A DNA stretch of 64,000 bases from Nitrospirota bacterium (GCA_963790205.1 CAWBNQ010000003.1:992001-1056000), one strand, 5' to 3'. Positions 19,954 to 30,289 are shown, counted from the stretch's first letter. The notes: generated by a model from the sequence alone, not told the origin. Translations and numbers: made by a program.

Positions 19954-20187
19954 ATGAAGATCGAAGTGTGCGGTTCAGGCTGCAGTAAATGCGCGGAGCT
20001 TGAGAAAAGGGCAAAGTCAGCGGTCGCGATTGCCGGCATTGATGCCACGGTGGAACATGTCTATGATATGGGCAAGATCATCGAGCGGGGGATCTTCATG
20101 ACGCCTGCGCTCGTGATCGACGGCAAGACCGTGGCAAGCGGAAAGATCCCCACTGTAGAGGAGATCGCGGTACTTTTGCGGAGGTAA
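19954..20187 (+). CDS. Small redox-active disulfide protein (second copy)
   Basis: KIEVCGSGCSKC...MTPALVIDG; AGGAGG RBS. Confidence 0.88.
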   Translation: MKIEVCGSGCSKCAELEKRAKSAVAIAGIDATVEHVYDMGKIIERGIFMTPALVIDGKTVASGKIPTVEEIAVLLRR

Positions 20188-20188
20188 T

Positions 20189-21235
20189 ATGAACACCATC
20201 TCCCTTTTGGTTACCTCAGGACTTGAGGCCATCTACGACTATGTGCTTGCGCACACGCTGTTCTGTCTTGTTCCGGCCTTCTTTATCGCCGGAGCAATGG
20301 CGGCGCTCATTCCTAAAGACCTGCTGTTGCCATACCTTGGAAAGAAATCCCCCAAACACATCGCCTATCCCATTGCCGTTGTTACCGGTCTACTTCTTGC
20401 GGTCTGTTCCTGTACGGTGCTCCCGCTCTTTGCGGGGATACGCAAGGGCGGAGCGGGCATAGGCCCGGCAATCGCTTTTCTGTATACTGCCCCTGCGACA
20501 AACATTGTGGCGATCCTGTACACAGGCAGCCTTATCGGATGGGATATTGCCCTGGCCCGCATATTCTTTTCCATTCTGTTCGCAGTTGTCATTGGAATGC
20601 TCATTAATGGGCTTTTCCGTGACGACGGCGAATCGGATGTCGCCGATACCTTCGCGAAAAGCGATGCAAAATACGATACGAAACGGTTGTGGTATCTTTT
20701 TTCAGCCCTGATCGGAATTCTCCTGGCAGGGACGAGGATAAGCGACCCCGTGTTTAAGTACGCGACCGTTCTGTCGCTTATCGCAATCGCTGTAGTAATC
20801 GCAAAGAAATATTTTACAAAGGATGAAGTCCATGGCTGGATGCTGGAAAGCTGGGGTTTTGCCAAAACGATTGCGCCTCTGCTTCTGGCCGGGGTATTTG
20901 TATCAGGAATCGTCAGGGTCGTGTTGCCCCAGGAGTTTGTCGCAAAGTATGTAGGGTCAAATTCTCTATCCAACATGATCATCCCGGTCATCTTCGGCGT
21001 GCTCGTCTACTTTCCGACGCTTGTGGAAGTGCCGATGGCAAAGACTTTTCTTGATCTCGGCATGGCAAAAGGACCGCTTCTGGCTTATCTTCTTTCCGAT
21101 CCCGTGCTGTCGCTTCCGAGCATTCTGGTCGTCAGCAAAATCATGGGGGCAAAAAGAACCGCAGTCTATGTGGCTTTAATCATTGTCTTTACCATTTGCG
21201 GCGGATATCTGTTCGGTCTCATGCAGGGAAAATAA
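20189..21235 (+). CDS. DUF318 family permease (second, divergent)
   Basis: CLVPAFFIAG, AVCSCTVLP, YFPTLVEVP, LSLPS. Confidence 0.88.
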   Translation: MNTISLLVTSGLEAIYDYVLAHTLFCLVPAFFIAGAMAALIPKDLLLPYLGKKSPKHIAYPIAVVTGLLLAVCSCTVLPLFAGIRKGGAGIGPAIAFLYTAPATNIVAILYTGSLIGWDIALARIFFSILFAVVIGMLINGLFRDDGESDVADTFAKSDAKYDTKRLWYLFSALIGILLAGTRISDPVFKYATVLSLIAIAVVIAKKYFTKDEVHGWMLESWGFAKTIAPLLLAGVFVSGIVRVVLPQEFVAKYVGSNSLSNMIIPVIFGVLVYFPTLVEVPMAKTFLDLGMAKGPLLAYLLSDPVLSLPSILVVSKIMGAKRTAVYVALIIVFTICGGYLFGLMQGK

Positions 21236-21245
21236 GGATGTTGTT

Positions 21246-24104
21246 ATGACCGATGAAGCCTACCATTGCCTGACCAGTGATGAGACGGCAAGGCGTCTTG
21301 ATACCGGCATAAAAAATGGCTTGAGCGCCGGGGAAGTTGCTAAGCGCACCAGGGAGCACGGCTACAATGAGCTCAGAGAGCGGCCCCGGGCCGGCTTTCT
21401 GAACCTGCTGTTCGAGCAATTCAACAATTTCCTGGTGATCATCCTGGTTCTGGCTGCGCTGGTGTCTCTCCTGCTGGGTGAATATGTCGACGCAATCGCC
21501 ATCATGGTCATTGTACTCATAAATGCCGCGGTAGGGGTGATCCAGGAGTCAAAAGCCGAGCAGTCCCTTGCGGCGCTCAAAAAAATGGCAGCCCCGAATG
21601 CCCAGGTTATCCGTGACGGTTGCCGGCAGTCCATCCCCTCAAGGGAACTCGTGCCGGGCGACATTGTTTGTATCGAGGCGGGCAACTACGTGCCCGCTGA
21701 TATGCGGTTGGTGGAAGCGTACAACCTGAAAGTGGGGGAAGCCTCTTTGACCGGGGAATCGGTCCCTGTTGAAAAGGAAGCCGCGGTAGTTCTGGACAAA
21801 GAACTTCCCCTTGGGGACCGAAAAAACTCCGCCTTCATGACAACACTCGTCACGTACGGCAGGGGCAAGGGCATCGTCACCGGGACGGGCATGCACACTC
21901 AAATCGGGTTGATCGCGGACATGCTCCAGTCCTATGAGGAAGAGCCGACGCCTCTTCAAAATAAACTCGATCAACTGGCAAAGACGCTCGGAGTCGGGTG
22001 CCTTCTGATTTGCGGATTTATTTTTGTGTGGGGCCTTATCCGGGATACTCATCTGCAGGTTGTCCTGCAGGATGGTTTATTTGCCTACCTTATCGCGGAA
22101 AGAAAAGATATCGTCAACCTGTTCATGACCGCCGTAAGCTTGGCCATTGCGGCGGTCCCGGAAGGTTTGCCCGCGGTGGTTACGATTTGTCTCGCCATGG
22201 GCATGCGGCGAATGCTCCGGCGTCATGCCCTGATTCGCAAGCTCTCCGCTGTGGAAACACTCGGGTGCGCGACGGTGATCTGTTCGGATAAAACCGGAAC
22301 GTTGACAAAGAATGAGATGACCGTCGTTCAGGCTTGGGCCGGCGGCAGGCTGTTCAAGGTTTCAGGGGAAGGGTACAGCCCCGTGGGGCAATTCTCCTTC
22401 TATGACAGGCCCTTTGATCCCCTTAAGGATGCCGGCGTATCCCTTTTGTTGCATGGAGCGGCGCTCTGCAATGACGCCAAACTGGAAGTGGCCGGAGAGA
22501 CAACAGGGGGGAAGGCCTGGCGTATAATCGGCGATCCAACGGAAGGGGCCATGCTTGTTGCCGCCGAGAAGGGCGGGCTCCGGCAACAACAGCTTGAGGT
22601 TTTCCTTCCCAGGGTTTCCGAGATTCCATTTGATTCAGAGCGAAAGCGGATGACCACGCTTCACAATCCCGGGGGGAAAGATTTACTGAACCTGGATAGC
22701 CCGGTCGGAGACGGCCCTGTGGTCGCCTTTGTCAAAGGCGCACCCGACGTCCTGCTCATGCTTTGTGAAAGCATTGTGATGGACGGGAAAGTCGTTCCCC
22801 TTGATGAGGAGAGGAAGCAGGCGGTCCTGGAAGTGAACCGGAATATGGCAAAACGCGCAATGAGGGTGCTGGGAATCGCTTTCAGGCCGATGGATGCGAT
22901 CCCTGAATCCTGCAATGCCGCTGCTGTGGAACAACAACTGACCTTTGTCGGACTTATGGGAATGATCGATCCACCCCGGCAGGAGGTCAGGGACGCAATC
23001 AGGATTGCTCAAGGCGCCGGACTGAAGAGTGTGATGGTCACCGGAGACTATAAGGACACTGCAGAGGCCGTGGCCGGCGAGATCGGACTTTTATCAACTT
23101 ACGGTAAAGTGCTCACGGGCGCGGAACTCGATGCCATGAGCCGGGAGGAACTCTTTAAAGTCATTGACCAGGTGGAGGTCTGCTGCCGCGTTTCTCCTCA
23201 GCACAAGACGATGATCGTGGAGGCCTTCAAGACAAGAGGGCACATAGTAGCGGTGACAGGCGATGGAGTGAATGACGCCCCGGCCCTCAAGCGGGCGAAC
23301 ATTGGTGTGGCGATGGGGATCATCGGCACGGACGTGGCCAAAGAAACCGCTGATATAGTGCTTACCGATGACAACTACGCGAGCATTGTCTCAGCCGTGG
23401 AGGAAGGACGGATCATTTACGCGAATATCCGGAAATTTGTTTACTATCTTCTTGTCTGTAACGTCGGCGAAATTCTGATCGTATTCGTTTCCATGCTGTT
23501 CGGCATGCCACTCCCGTTCAGGCCGATCATGCTTCTGTGGCTGAACCTGGTCACGGACGGCGCTCCTGCGCTCGCCCTAGGACTGGAAAAAGGCGACCCC
23601 GATATTATGAAGCAGCCGCCGAGACCCGCGAAGGAACCGGTGATCAATCGGGAAATGGCGGTGGGGCTTTTCATCGTCCCGTTTGTGGATACCGTGGCCA
23701 TTCTGAGCATGTTTGCAATAGGGCAGGCGCTCCATCCCGAAAACCTCGCCACGGCTCAGACAATGGCTTTTGTCGCTCTCTGTATCTCGGAGTTATTAAG
23801 AGCGTACACAGCGAGATCGGAACATTACAGTGTCCTGTCGATCGGGGTCTTCGGCAATCGTTGGATGAACCGCGCTGTTCTGAGTTCTCTTGTTCTCGTC
23901 TTCATTACCGTCTACATCCCCTTTCTGCGGCCGATTTTCGGGACCGGGTCCCTGGGAGGGAAGGACTGGTTCTTCATGACTCCGTTTATATTCATGGCCC
24001 CTGCGGCAGCTGAAGTCGTAAAGATGTATCTGAAAAAGACCGCTATGAATTCGGCGGCGATGGTTTCTGTACGGGCTCAGCAGCCGCAAGAAAAATTATC
24101 CTGA
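21246..24104 (+). CDS. P-type (IIA, Ca2+-like) cation-transporting ATPase
   Basis: LTGES, VPEGL, DKTGTLT, KGAPD, TGDGVNDAPALK, LWLNLVTDG. Confidence 0.95.
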   Translation: MTDEAYHCLTSDETARRLDTGIKNGLSAGEVAKRTREHGYNELRERPRAGFLNLLFEQFNNFLVIILVLAALVSLLLGEYVDAIAIMVIVLINAAVGVIQESKAEQSLAALKKMAAPNAQVIRDGCRQSIPSRELVPGDIVCIEAGNYVPADMRLVEAYNLKVGEASLTGESVPVEKEAAVVLDKELPLGDRKNSAFMTTLVTYGRGKGIVTGTGMHTQIGLIADMLQSYEEEPTPLQNKLDQLAKTLGVGCLLICGFIFVWGLIRDTHLQVVLQDGLFAYLIAERKDIVNLFMTAVSLAIAAVPEGLPAVVTICLAMGMRRMLRRHALIRKLSAVETLGCATVICSDKTGTLTKNEMTVVQAWAGGRLFKVSGEGYSPVGQFSFYDRPFDPLKDAGVSLLLHGAALCNDAKLEVAGETTGGKAWRIIGDPTEGAMLVAAEKGGLRQQQLEVFLPRVSEIPFDSERKRMTTLHNPGGKDLLNLDSPVGDGPVVAFVKGAPDVLLMLCESIVMDGKVVPLDEERKQAVLEVNRNMAKRAMRVLGIAFRPMDAIPESCNAAAVEQQLTFVGLMGMIDPPRQEVRDAIRIAQGAGLKSVMVTGDYKDTAEAVAGEIGLLSTYGKVLTGAELDAMSREELFKVIDQVEVCCRVSPQHKTMIVEAFKTRGHIVAVTGDGVNDAPALKRANIGVAMGIIGTDVAKETADIVLTDDNYASIVSAVEEGRIIYANIRKFVYYLLVCNVGEILIVFVSMLFGMPLPFRPIMLLWLNLVTDGAPALALGLEKGDPDIMKQPPRPAKEPVINREMAVGLFIVPFVDTVAILSMFAIGQALHPENLATAQTMAFVALCISELLRAYTARSEHYSVLSIGVFGNRWMNRAVLSSLVLVFITVYIPFLRPIFGTGSLGGKDWFFMTPFIFMAPAAAEVVKMYLKKTAMNSAAMVSVRAQQPQEKLS

Positions 24105-24178
24105 GTTTTATGGCCACACCTGAGTTTGCGTGATGCGGAATATGCAAATTAATTTATCTCGTCTGAGGGAGGTGCACG

Positions 24179-24523
24179 ATGGAACCGCTTGTTAAACCCT
24201 GGCATGGGATTCCGAGAGAAGACATCAAATGGCATCCCACGGTGGATGAAAAGAAGTGCATCGGCTGCGGCATGTGCGTGACCGGGTGCGGCAGGAAGGT
24301 TTACGGGTTCGATTACGAAAAGAAGAAACCCGTGGTGCTGAAGCCTGTCAACTGCATGGTGGCCTGCGTGACCTGTGCCAACACCTGCCTGCAGGACGCA
24401 ATAAGCTTTCCTCCTGTTGAGCAGGTACGGGAACTTATCAGGAAGGAAAAGCTTCTCGTGAGGGCGAAGGAAGAACTGAACGCGCGCAGGGAAGAGTTGA
24501 AGGTGTTGCCTAAATATGATTGA
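24179..24523 (+). CDS. 2x[4Fe-4S] ferredoxin family protein
   Basis: CIGCGMCVTGC and CMVACVTCANTC. Confidence 0.9.
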   Translation: MEPLVKPWHGIPREDIKWHPTVDEKKCIGCGMCVTGCGRKVYGFDYEKKKPVVLKPVNCMVACVTCANTCLQDAISFPPVEQVRELIRKEKLLVRAKEELNARREELKVLPKYD

Positions 24524-24791
24524 TAACATCTTGCTTGCTGCGAAGTCCGACGCCCGGCTCGCCTCGCTTCTTGACGAGGCGCGGGAGTACGCCCAGATTT
24601 ACCTTCTCGCCAAGGAGCGGAAGAAAGGCTGTGAGGGAACAGGGGAACTCATGACCCTGCGCGAGGAATTCCGGGACGCGATCGGGAAGCTTGTGAAATA
24701 CAGCGGGGAGAAGGGTTATCTGTGCGGACTCACCCCCGATGACCCGGATGCCGCAGCGCTGGCGTTGTCAATAAATGTGATCAGGAGGTGA
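24516..24791 (+). CDS. Hypothetical protein
   Basis: Overlaps the ferredoxin stop and fills the gap to the USP gene; a paralogous remnant at 18896 supports coding status. Confidence 0.65.
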   Translation: MIDNILLAAKSDARLASLLDEAREYAQIYLLAKERKKGCEGTGELMTLREEFRDAIGKLVKYSGEKGYLCGLTPDDPDAAALALSINVIRR

Positions 24792-24794
24792 CCC

Positions 24795-25691
24795 ATGAAG
24801 GTGATACTTGCAACGGACGGTTCCGAGTCGTCGGAGGGCGCGGCCCGCTTTCTTACGCGGTTCAGATTCACGCCGGCTGACGAGATCGCGGTGCTGCACG
24901 TGGTTCCTGGCGTCCCTTTCCGGCACGCGGGAGAGCCCTATTCCGCCGCATTGATGCAGCTCGGTGAGGAAATCGCGCCCGGCATCATTGACGCGACCGC
25001 CGGAATGCTGAAAGGGCTCCGTGCGACCATTTCCACCGCTGTGACCACCGGACATCCCGCTGACGCCATCCTCGACGTGGCGGCGCAGTCCGGCTCAGAC
25101 CTCATCGTCCTGGGGCATCGGCGCGGGAGCGGGTTCGGCCCGCTCCTTTTAGGCAGCACGGCCAGGGCCGTGGCAATCGCCTCTCTTCGGCCGGTCCTGG
25201 TCGTCAAACCGTCGCAGGGGAGGCCCTTCCGACCGGTCAATACGCTCTTCGCCACCGACGGCTCGGAGTGCTCGAAGGAAACGGAAAAGCTGCTGGTCAG
25301 TCTGCCTTTCCCTGAGGACGCGGGAATGACAGCGGTGTACGCTTCCCCCTCAACGTATCTGGAAGTGCCCGACCGTTTCTACATGGAGCTAGACGAGCGG
25401 GTGAAGAAAATCACGGAGAACCTGAAGGGAGCCGAGATGAAGTTCGCCGGTGAGGTGCTGGAACGGGCCAGGGAGGCGCTCAAGGCCCGATTCGGGAAGG
25501 TGACGATCATTACGGCGTATGGGGAGCCTTCGGAACAGATCCTCCGGACCGCGAAGGAAATGAGGGCCGATATCATCGCCCTCGGAAGCAGGGGAATGCG
25601 GGGCGTCCGCGGCATGCTCGGGAGCGTCGCCAGGAATATCCTTGGCCATGCGGAATGCTCGGTGTTGATCTGTAAAGCAAAGCATGGATGA
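24795..25691 (+). CDS. Tandem-domain universal stress protein (paralog of 18962)
   Basis: Colinear and highly similar to 18962-19855. Confidence 0.93.
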   Translation: MKVILATDGSESSEGAARFLTRFRFTPADEIAVLHVVPGVPFRHAGEPYSAALMQLGEEIAPGIIDATAGMLKGLRATISTAVTTGHPADAILDVAAQSGSDLIVLGHRRGSGFGPLLLGSTARAVAIASLRPVLVVKPSQGRPFRPVNTLFATDGSECSKETEKLLVSLPFPEDAGMTAVYASPSTYLEVPDRFYMELDERVKKITENLKGAEMKFAGEVLERAREALKARFGKVTIITAYGEPSEQILRTAKEMRADIIALGSRGMRGVRGMLGSVARNILGHAECSVLICKAKHG

Positions 25692-25739
25692 TAGAAAGAT
25701 GGAACATTACACTAGCAAACCGGCTCAAAGGAGGCAACA

Positions 25740-26195
25740 ATGAGAAGAAAGGGCATTATAAGTCTGGTGGTAGCAGTGGCAGTGCTCGTAACGGCGTCAA
25801 TAGCTTTTGCAGGCCCCTGGAAAGGCTGGCGAGGAAGCGGCGGCTGGGGCATGGGGTCGCAGTATAACAGGATGTACAACCCCGCGACGGTGGAGAATGT
25901 TTCGGGTGTCGTCGAAGCGGTGGATAAGAGCACGCCCATGAAGGGTATGTACTCAGGAATACATCTGATGGTAAAGACGGACAAGGAGACGATCTCCGTC
26001 CAACTTGGCCCGGAATGGTATATCGAACGACTGGACACGAAGATACAAAAGGGCGACAAGATCGAGGTGAAGGGTTCTCGGGTGACCTTCGCAGGCAAGC
26101 CCGCTATTATTGCGGCCGAGGTCAAAAAGGGCGACAGCACGCTCGTGTTGCGAGACAGCGCGGGGCTCCCCGCATGGGCGGGATGGAGAAGGTAA
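25740..26195 (+). CDS. Exported OB-fold-like protein (resembles MamS/MamX-type domain)
   Basis: Signal peptide ending AFA, G/W-rich linker, YNPATVE.VSG, V.LGP.WY, GDKIEVKGSR, LRD..G.P.W. Confidence 0.7.
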   Translation: MRRKGIISLVVAVAVLVTASIAFAGPWKGWRGSGGWGMGSQYNRMYNPATVENVSGVVEAVDKSTPMKGMYSGIHLMVKTDKETISVQLGPEWYIERLDTKIQKGDKIEVKGSRVTFAGKPAIIAAEVKKGDSTLVLRDSAGLPAWAGWRR

Positions 26196-26205
26196 TTGCG
26201 AGTCA

Positions 26206-26243
26206 GGCAGCCCTGCTGTGAGCCGGGGCAGGGCTGTTGTTTT
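26206..26243 (+). terminator. Terminator-like hairpin
   Basis: CAGCCCTGC 26208-26216 / GCAGGGCTG 26228-26236 followed by a T-rich tract. Confidence 0.55.
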
Positions 26244-26265
26244 GATTTTTATAAGGAGAAACAAC

Positions 26266-26970
26266 ATGGGTCTCATAATGGCGGAAAATATTCGAAAAGA
26301 CTACCGGATGGGGGACGTAACGGTATCGGCATTGAAAGGGCTCAGCTTCGAGATCGAGCCCGCTTCCTTTGTTTCCTTCGTCGGACCTTCGGGGAGCGGC
26401 AAAACTACGCTTCTGAACCTGATTGGCTGCCTCGACAGGCCCACAGGCGGCAAGCTCTCCGTCGCCAATACGGACACGATGGCCCTTGACCGGAAACAGA
26501 GCGCTGCGTTCAGGGGAAACAATATCGGCTTTATCTTTCAGGACTTCAATCTTATTCCGGTGCTCACGGTGTCTGAGAACATCGAGTACCCGCTGCTGAT
26601 GGTCCAGAGCACGCCTGCTGAAGAAAGGGAAAAACGTGTTACCGCTCTCCTGCAGGCGGTAGGCATGAGCGAGCAGAAAGACAAGTATCCCGACCAGATA
26701 TCAGGCGGACAGAAACAACGGGTTGCCGTGGCCCGGGCCCTGGTCACGAACCCGAAGCTTGTGCTGGCCGACGAGCCCACGGCGAACCTCGATCACACAA
26801 CGGCCTATATGGTTATCGATCTGATGAAGAAGATGCGGGACGAGTTCAGGACGACGTTTATCTTCTCGACCCATGACCAGAAGATCGTGGGTGAGGCCGA
26901 GATCATCTATACCCTCGAGGACGGCGAACTGAAGGGCAGGCAGGTGAGGGGAGGGAAGAACAATGGGTAA
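26266..26970 (+). CDS. ABC transporter ATP-binding protein (LolD/MacB-type)
   Basis: GPSGSGKTT, ISGGQKQRVAVARAL, LADEPTANLD; AAGGAG RBS. Confidence 0.93.
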   Translation: MGLIMAENIRKDYRMGDVTVSALKGLSFEIEPASFVSFVGPSGSGKTTLLNLIGCLDRPTGGKLSVANTDTMALDRKQSAAFRGNNIGFIFQDFNLIPVLTVSENIEYPLLMVQSTPAEEREKRVTALLQAVGMSEQKDKYPDQISGGQKQRVAVARALVTNPKLVLADEPTANLDHTTAYMVIDLMKKMRDEFRTTFIFSTHDQKIVGEAEIIYTLEDGELKGRQVRGGKNNG

Positions 26971-28201
26971 TCTCTTCAAGATAGCGGTCAGGAACCTCCT
27001 TCGATACAAGCGGCGAACGCTGCTCACCGCCTCGCTCATCACCATCGGCGTGGTTTTCGTACTCGTGTTCATGTCCGTGTCAGGCTCTTTCAAGAACATG
27101 ATGATCGGACTGATAACCGATTCCATGCTCGGCCACGTGCAGGTGCACCGCAAGGGCTACGTCGCATCCATCGACAACCTGCCTTTGAACCTGAACATGA
27201 AGGCGGGCGCCGTAAAGCGGGTCGAGGCGGTCCTGAATGACCTGCCCGAGATCGCGGCCTGGTCGCCGCGCATCAAATTCGGCGGCATGTTCAGCAACTT
27301 CGCGGAGACCACAAATATCAGGCTGAACGGCGTCATCCCCGAAAAGGAGGTCGCCACCGTGCCGCTGCTTATGTCGCGGGTCATCGAAGGCGAAAAAGAA
27401 ATAAAACGGGGCGAGATCCTTATTCCCGAACTCCTGGCAAAGGGCATGAAAGTGAAAGTCGGCGACATGGTGGTCATCGTGGCCACGAACAAGGACGGCT
27501 CCGTGAACGGCAAGCAGTTCAAGGTCGGCGGCATCCTCCAGAGCGTTTCGGGTCCCGGTGGCCGGGACGGTTATATTCACTTCGACGATGCCGTGGAGGT
27601 CCTGAGGATGGAAGAACCGGAGGTGAGCGAGTTTGCGATCAGGCTGAAAAAGTTCGACGCGCTGCATAGCTTCGCGGCGGCGCTGCAGGCCAGGCTCGCG
27701 CAGGAGTTGAACAAAGACGGCAAGCCTATCTTCGAAGTCCATACCTGGGAGCAGCTCACCCCCTTTTACAACGTAGCCCGCATGATCGACGTCATGACAT
27801 TTTTCGTGAAGCTCATGCTTATCGCCATCGTTTTGATCAGCATCATGAACGTGATGATCATGGCCGTCTATGAGCGGATACGCGAGATCGGCACCATCGC
27901 GGCCATCGGGACCCTGCCGGGGAAAATCCTCAACATGTTCGTGATCGAGGGGTTCTGTCTCGGCGTTGTGGGCGCGATCATCGGCAATATTGTCGGGATA
28001 GCATTGATCATTATCCTCAACATGTCCAGGGTCACCTTCAACTTTGGAATGCAGCAGGGCCTGGTCCTGCAGGCAACCATAAAACCGGCCGATCTTTTGA
28101 TTATCTCGCTGACGGTAATAATCGTCTCGGTGATCGCCAGCCTCCAGCCCGCGTTCAAGGCGTCGCGGATGGAGCCTATCGAGGCGCTGAGACATGTGTA
28201 G
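26963..28201 (+). CDS. ABC permease, FtsX/LolC-E/MacB type
   Basis: RNLLRYKRRT, large periplasmic domain, ERIREIG, PA.KASRMEPIEALR. Confidence 0.92.
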   Translation: MGNLFKIAVRNLLRYKRRTLLTASLITIGVVFVLVFMSVSGSFKNMMIGLITDSMLGHVQVHRKGYVASIDNLPLNLNMKAGAVKRVEAVLNDLPEIAAWSPRIKFGGMFSNFAETTNIRLNGVIPEKEVATVPLLMSRVIEGEKEIKRGEILIPELLAKGMKVKVGDMVVIVATNKDGSVNGKQFKVGGILQSVSGPGGRDGYIHFDDAVEVLRMEEPEVSEFAIRLKKFDALHSFAAALQARLAQELNKDGKPIFEVHTWEQLTPFYNVARMIDVMTFFVKLMLIAIVLISIMNVMIMAVYERIREIGTIAAIGTLPGKILNMFVIEGFCLGVVGAIIGNIVGIALIIILNMSRVTFNFGMQQGLVLQATIKPADLLIISLTVIIVSVIASLQPAFKASRMEPIEALRHV

Positions 28202-28211
28202 GAGAATTGCC

Positions 28212-28940
28212 ATGCTGAAAATACTGATAGTCATCATAACGGCGCTCTTCACTGTCCCCGCATACGCCGTGGACGGAACGGCGCTTCTGAAACAGATCGA
28301 CCGGAACCTGAACCCGACATCCTACGAGTCTTACCGGAAGCTCATCAACATCGAGCCCGACGGCAGGAAGAAGGAATACACGCTTTTTACCGTCAAGAAA
28401 GGTATCGATAAGGTCGCGGGGCTTTTCATCGCGCCGGCCAGCGAAAAAGGCAGAAGCACGCTCCGGCTCGGGGACAACATGTGGCTCTACATCCCGAACG
28501 TTGGCAAGCCCATCCGGATCACGAGCCTTCAGTCCGTGGTGGGCGGGGTATTCAACAACGCCGACATCCTGCAGCTCGATTACGCGGCGGAGTACACTGT
28601 CGAGAAGGTGGAGGAGCAGGGGAACGAATACCTCCTTCACCTCAAGGCGAAGACGAAGACCGTGGCCTACGACCGGATACGGCTTTGGGCCGAGAAGGAG
28701 CGAAAGCTCCCGACGAAGATTGAGTGCCTCACGGAAACCGGCATGCTGATCAAGACGCTTTACTTCAAGGACGTTAAGGATTTTGGTGAAGGCATCGTGC
28801 GGCCCGCGGTCATCGAGACCGACAGCCCGCTCTATAAGAACTATAAATCGATCATGATATTGGCAAAGATCAAGGCGCGGGGCTTCAAGGACGAGGTCTT
28901 CACGCTCACGTTCATGCCGAACCTGGAGTCGTTGCGGTAA
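28212..28940 (+). CDS. LolA-like outer membrane lipoprotein-sorting protein
   Basis: Signal peptide; F.APASEKG, NMWLYIP, G.LIKT motifs; ABC context. Confidence 0.82.
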   Translation: MLKILIVIITALFTVPAYAVDGTALLKQIDRNLNPTSYESYRKLINIEPDGRKKEYTLFTVKKGIDKVAGLFIAPASEKGRSTLRLGDNMWLYIPNVGKPIRITSLQSVVGGVFNNADILQLDYAAEYTVEKVEEQGNEYLLHLKAKTKTVAYDRIRLWAEKERKLPTKIECLTETGMLIKTLYFKDVKDFGEGIVRPAVIETDSPLYKNYKSIMILAKIKARGFKDEVFTLTFMPNLESLR

Positions 28941-28978
28941 GGATGAGGCGCATGATTTACGCCATGGGGCAGGGAACG

Positions 28979-30289
28979 ATGAAAGCCTATTGGGCCTGCT
29001 TTGCACTCTACCTTTTTTTTTGCATGCGCTGTTTCCCGGCCCTGGCGTTTGGTGCGGACGAATACGCCTTCGATTTGTCGGAGGTAGAAAAAAAACCGTA
29101 CCATATCGGCGGGTACGCGGAGCTCCGGCCTGTGCTGTACGGGCTAGATCGGGACGCGGCCTTGTACCAGCTGCGATTCTACAGCCTGGACGAAGGCCAT
29201 ACCCTGCCGGAATATAACGCAGCTCTTCAGCTTGAAGGCGGTATTGAAAAGGGAATCACAAAGTTTTTCTCGAGAACAAATACCGCGTATCAGGACTCCT
29301 ATCTTGGCGCGACCTCCACGACGACGGTGTACGAAGCTTTTTTATCCGTCAAGCCCGCACCGTCCCTTACGATCGACGCGGGCAAAAAAACGCTCAAATG
29401 GGGCAAGGGCTATGCCTGGAACCCCGTGGCATTCGTGGACCGGCCGAAAAACCCCGATGAGCCGGACCTGAACCTCGAAGGTTACGTCGTGGCTTCGGCT
29501 GATTACATCAAAAGCTTCAGCGGCCCGCTCAAGACGTTTTCTATAACGCCGGTGCTCGTCCCGGTCTCGGGGCGCGTGAACGACGATTATGGAAAAGCGA
29601 ACCATCTGAACACGGCCGGAAAGGTCTATTTTCTTCTCTATGATACGGACATAGACTTCCTGTTCCTCTCAGGTGGTAGTAAACCTTCGCGTATGGGCAT
29701 GGACTTCTCCAGGAACATTACGACGAACCTTGAAGTCCACGGAGAACTCGCCCGCATTAATGATATCATGCAGAGCTTCATCGGCGGCGACGGCAGCTCT
29801 CATCAGGCCGTCTACGACGCAACAAGCTGGCTCCTCGGCCTCCGGTATCTTACCGAAAAGGACATGACGTACATCCTCGAATACTACCGGAACGGGACGG
29901 GCTTTACGGAGCAGGAGATGAAGGACTATTTCACCTTCGTGCACGGCGCTTATGATACCTATCGGTCTACGGGAAACGATACGCTGCTTCAGTATGCGGC
30001 TACTGCGTCCGCGAAAAGCTATGGCATGCCGAATATCGGGCGGGAGTATCTGTACCTGAGAGCGAGCCAGAAGGACCCTTTCGATATTCTCTATTGGACG
30101 CCGGCATTAACATGGATGATCAACGTGGAGGATAGAAGTTATTCGCTCTCGCCTGAAATCATGTATACAGGGATTACGAACCTGGAACTCCGACTTAAAG
30201 CCATTGTCCTGGCAGGAGGCACATTAACCGAGTTCGGAGAGAAACCATACGATTATCGCGCGGAGCTAAGGGCGCGGTATTATTTTTAG
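28979..30289 (+). CDS. Probable outer membrane beta-barrel protein
   Basis: Signal peptide, GKK.LKWG motif, aromatic-rich strands, terminal RYYF; start could be 28943. Confidence 0.7.
   Translation: MKAYWACFALYLFFCMRCFPALAFGADEYAFDLSEVEKKPYHIGGYAELRPVLYGLDRDAALYQLRFYSLDEGHTLPEYNAALQLEGGIEKGITKFFSRTNTAYQDSYLGATSTTTVYEAFLSVKPAPSLTIDAGKKTLKWGKGYAWNPVAFVDRPKNPDEPDLNLEGYVVASADYIKSFSGPLKTFSITPVLVPVSGRVNDDYGKANHLNTAGKVYFLLYDTDIDFLFLSGGSKPSRMGMDFSRNITTNLEVHGELARINDIMQSFIGGDGSSHQAVYDATSWLLGLRYLTEKDMTYILEYYRNGTGFTEQEMKDYFTFVHGAYDTYRSTGNDTLLQYAATASAKSYGMPNIGREYLYLRASQKDPFDILYWTPALTWMINVEDRSYSLSPEIMYTGITNLELRLKAIVLAGGTLTEFGEKPYDYRAELRARYYF

Noticed and set aside
24789..24797. Sec read-through fusing the 24516 ORF to the in-frame USP
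   Set aside because: The TGA is part of the AGGAGGTGA RBS of the USP gene, not at a Cys-type position, and the USP has its own ATG
25740..26195. Magnetosome island
   Set aside because: Only a domain-level resemblance; no recognisable mam gene cluster in the window
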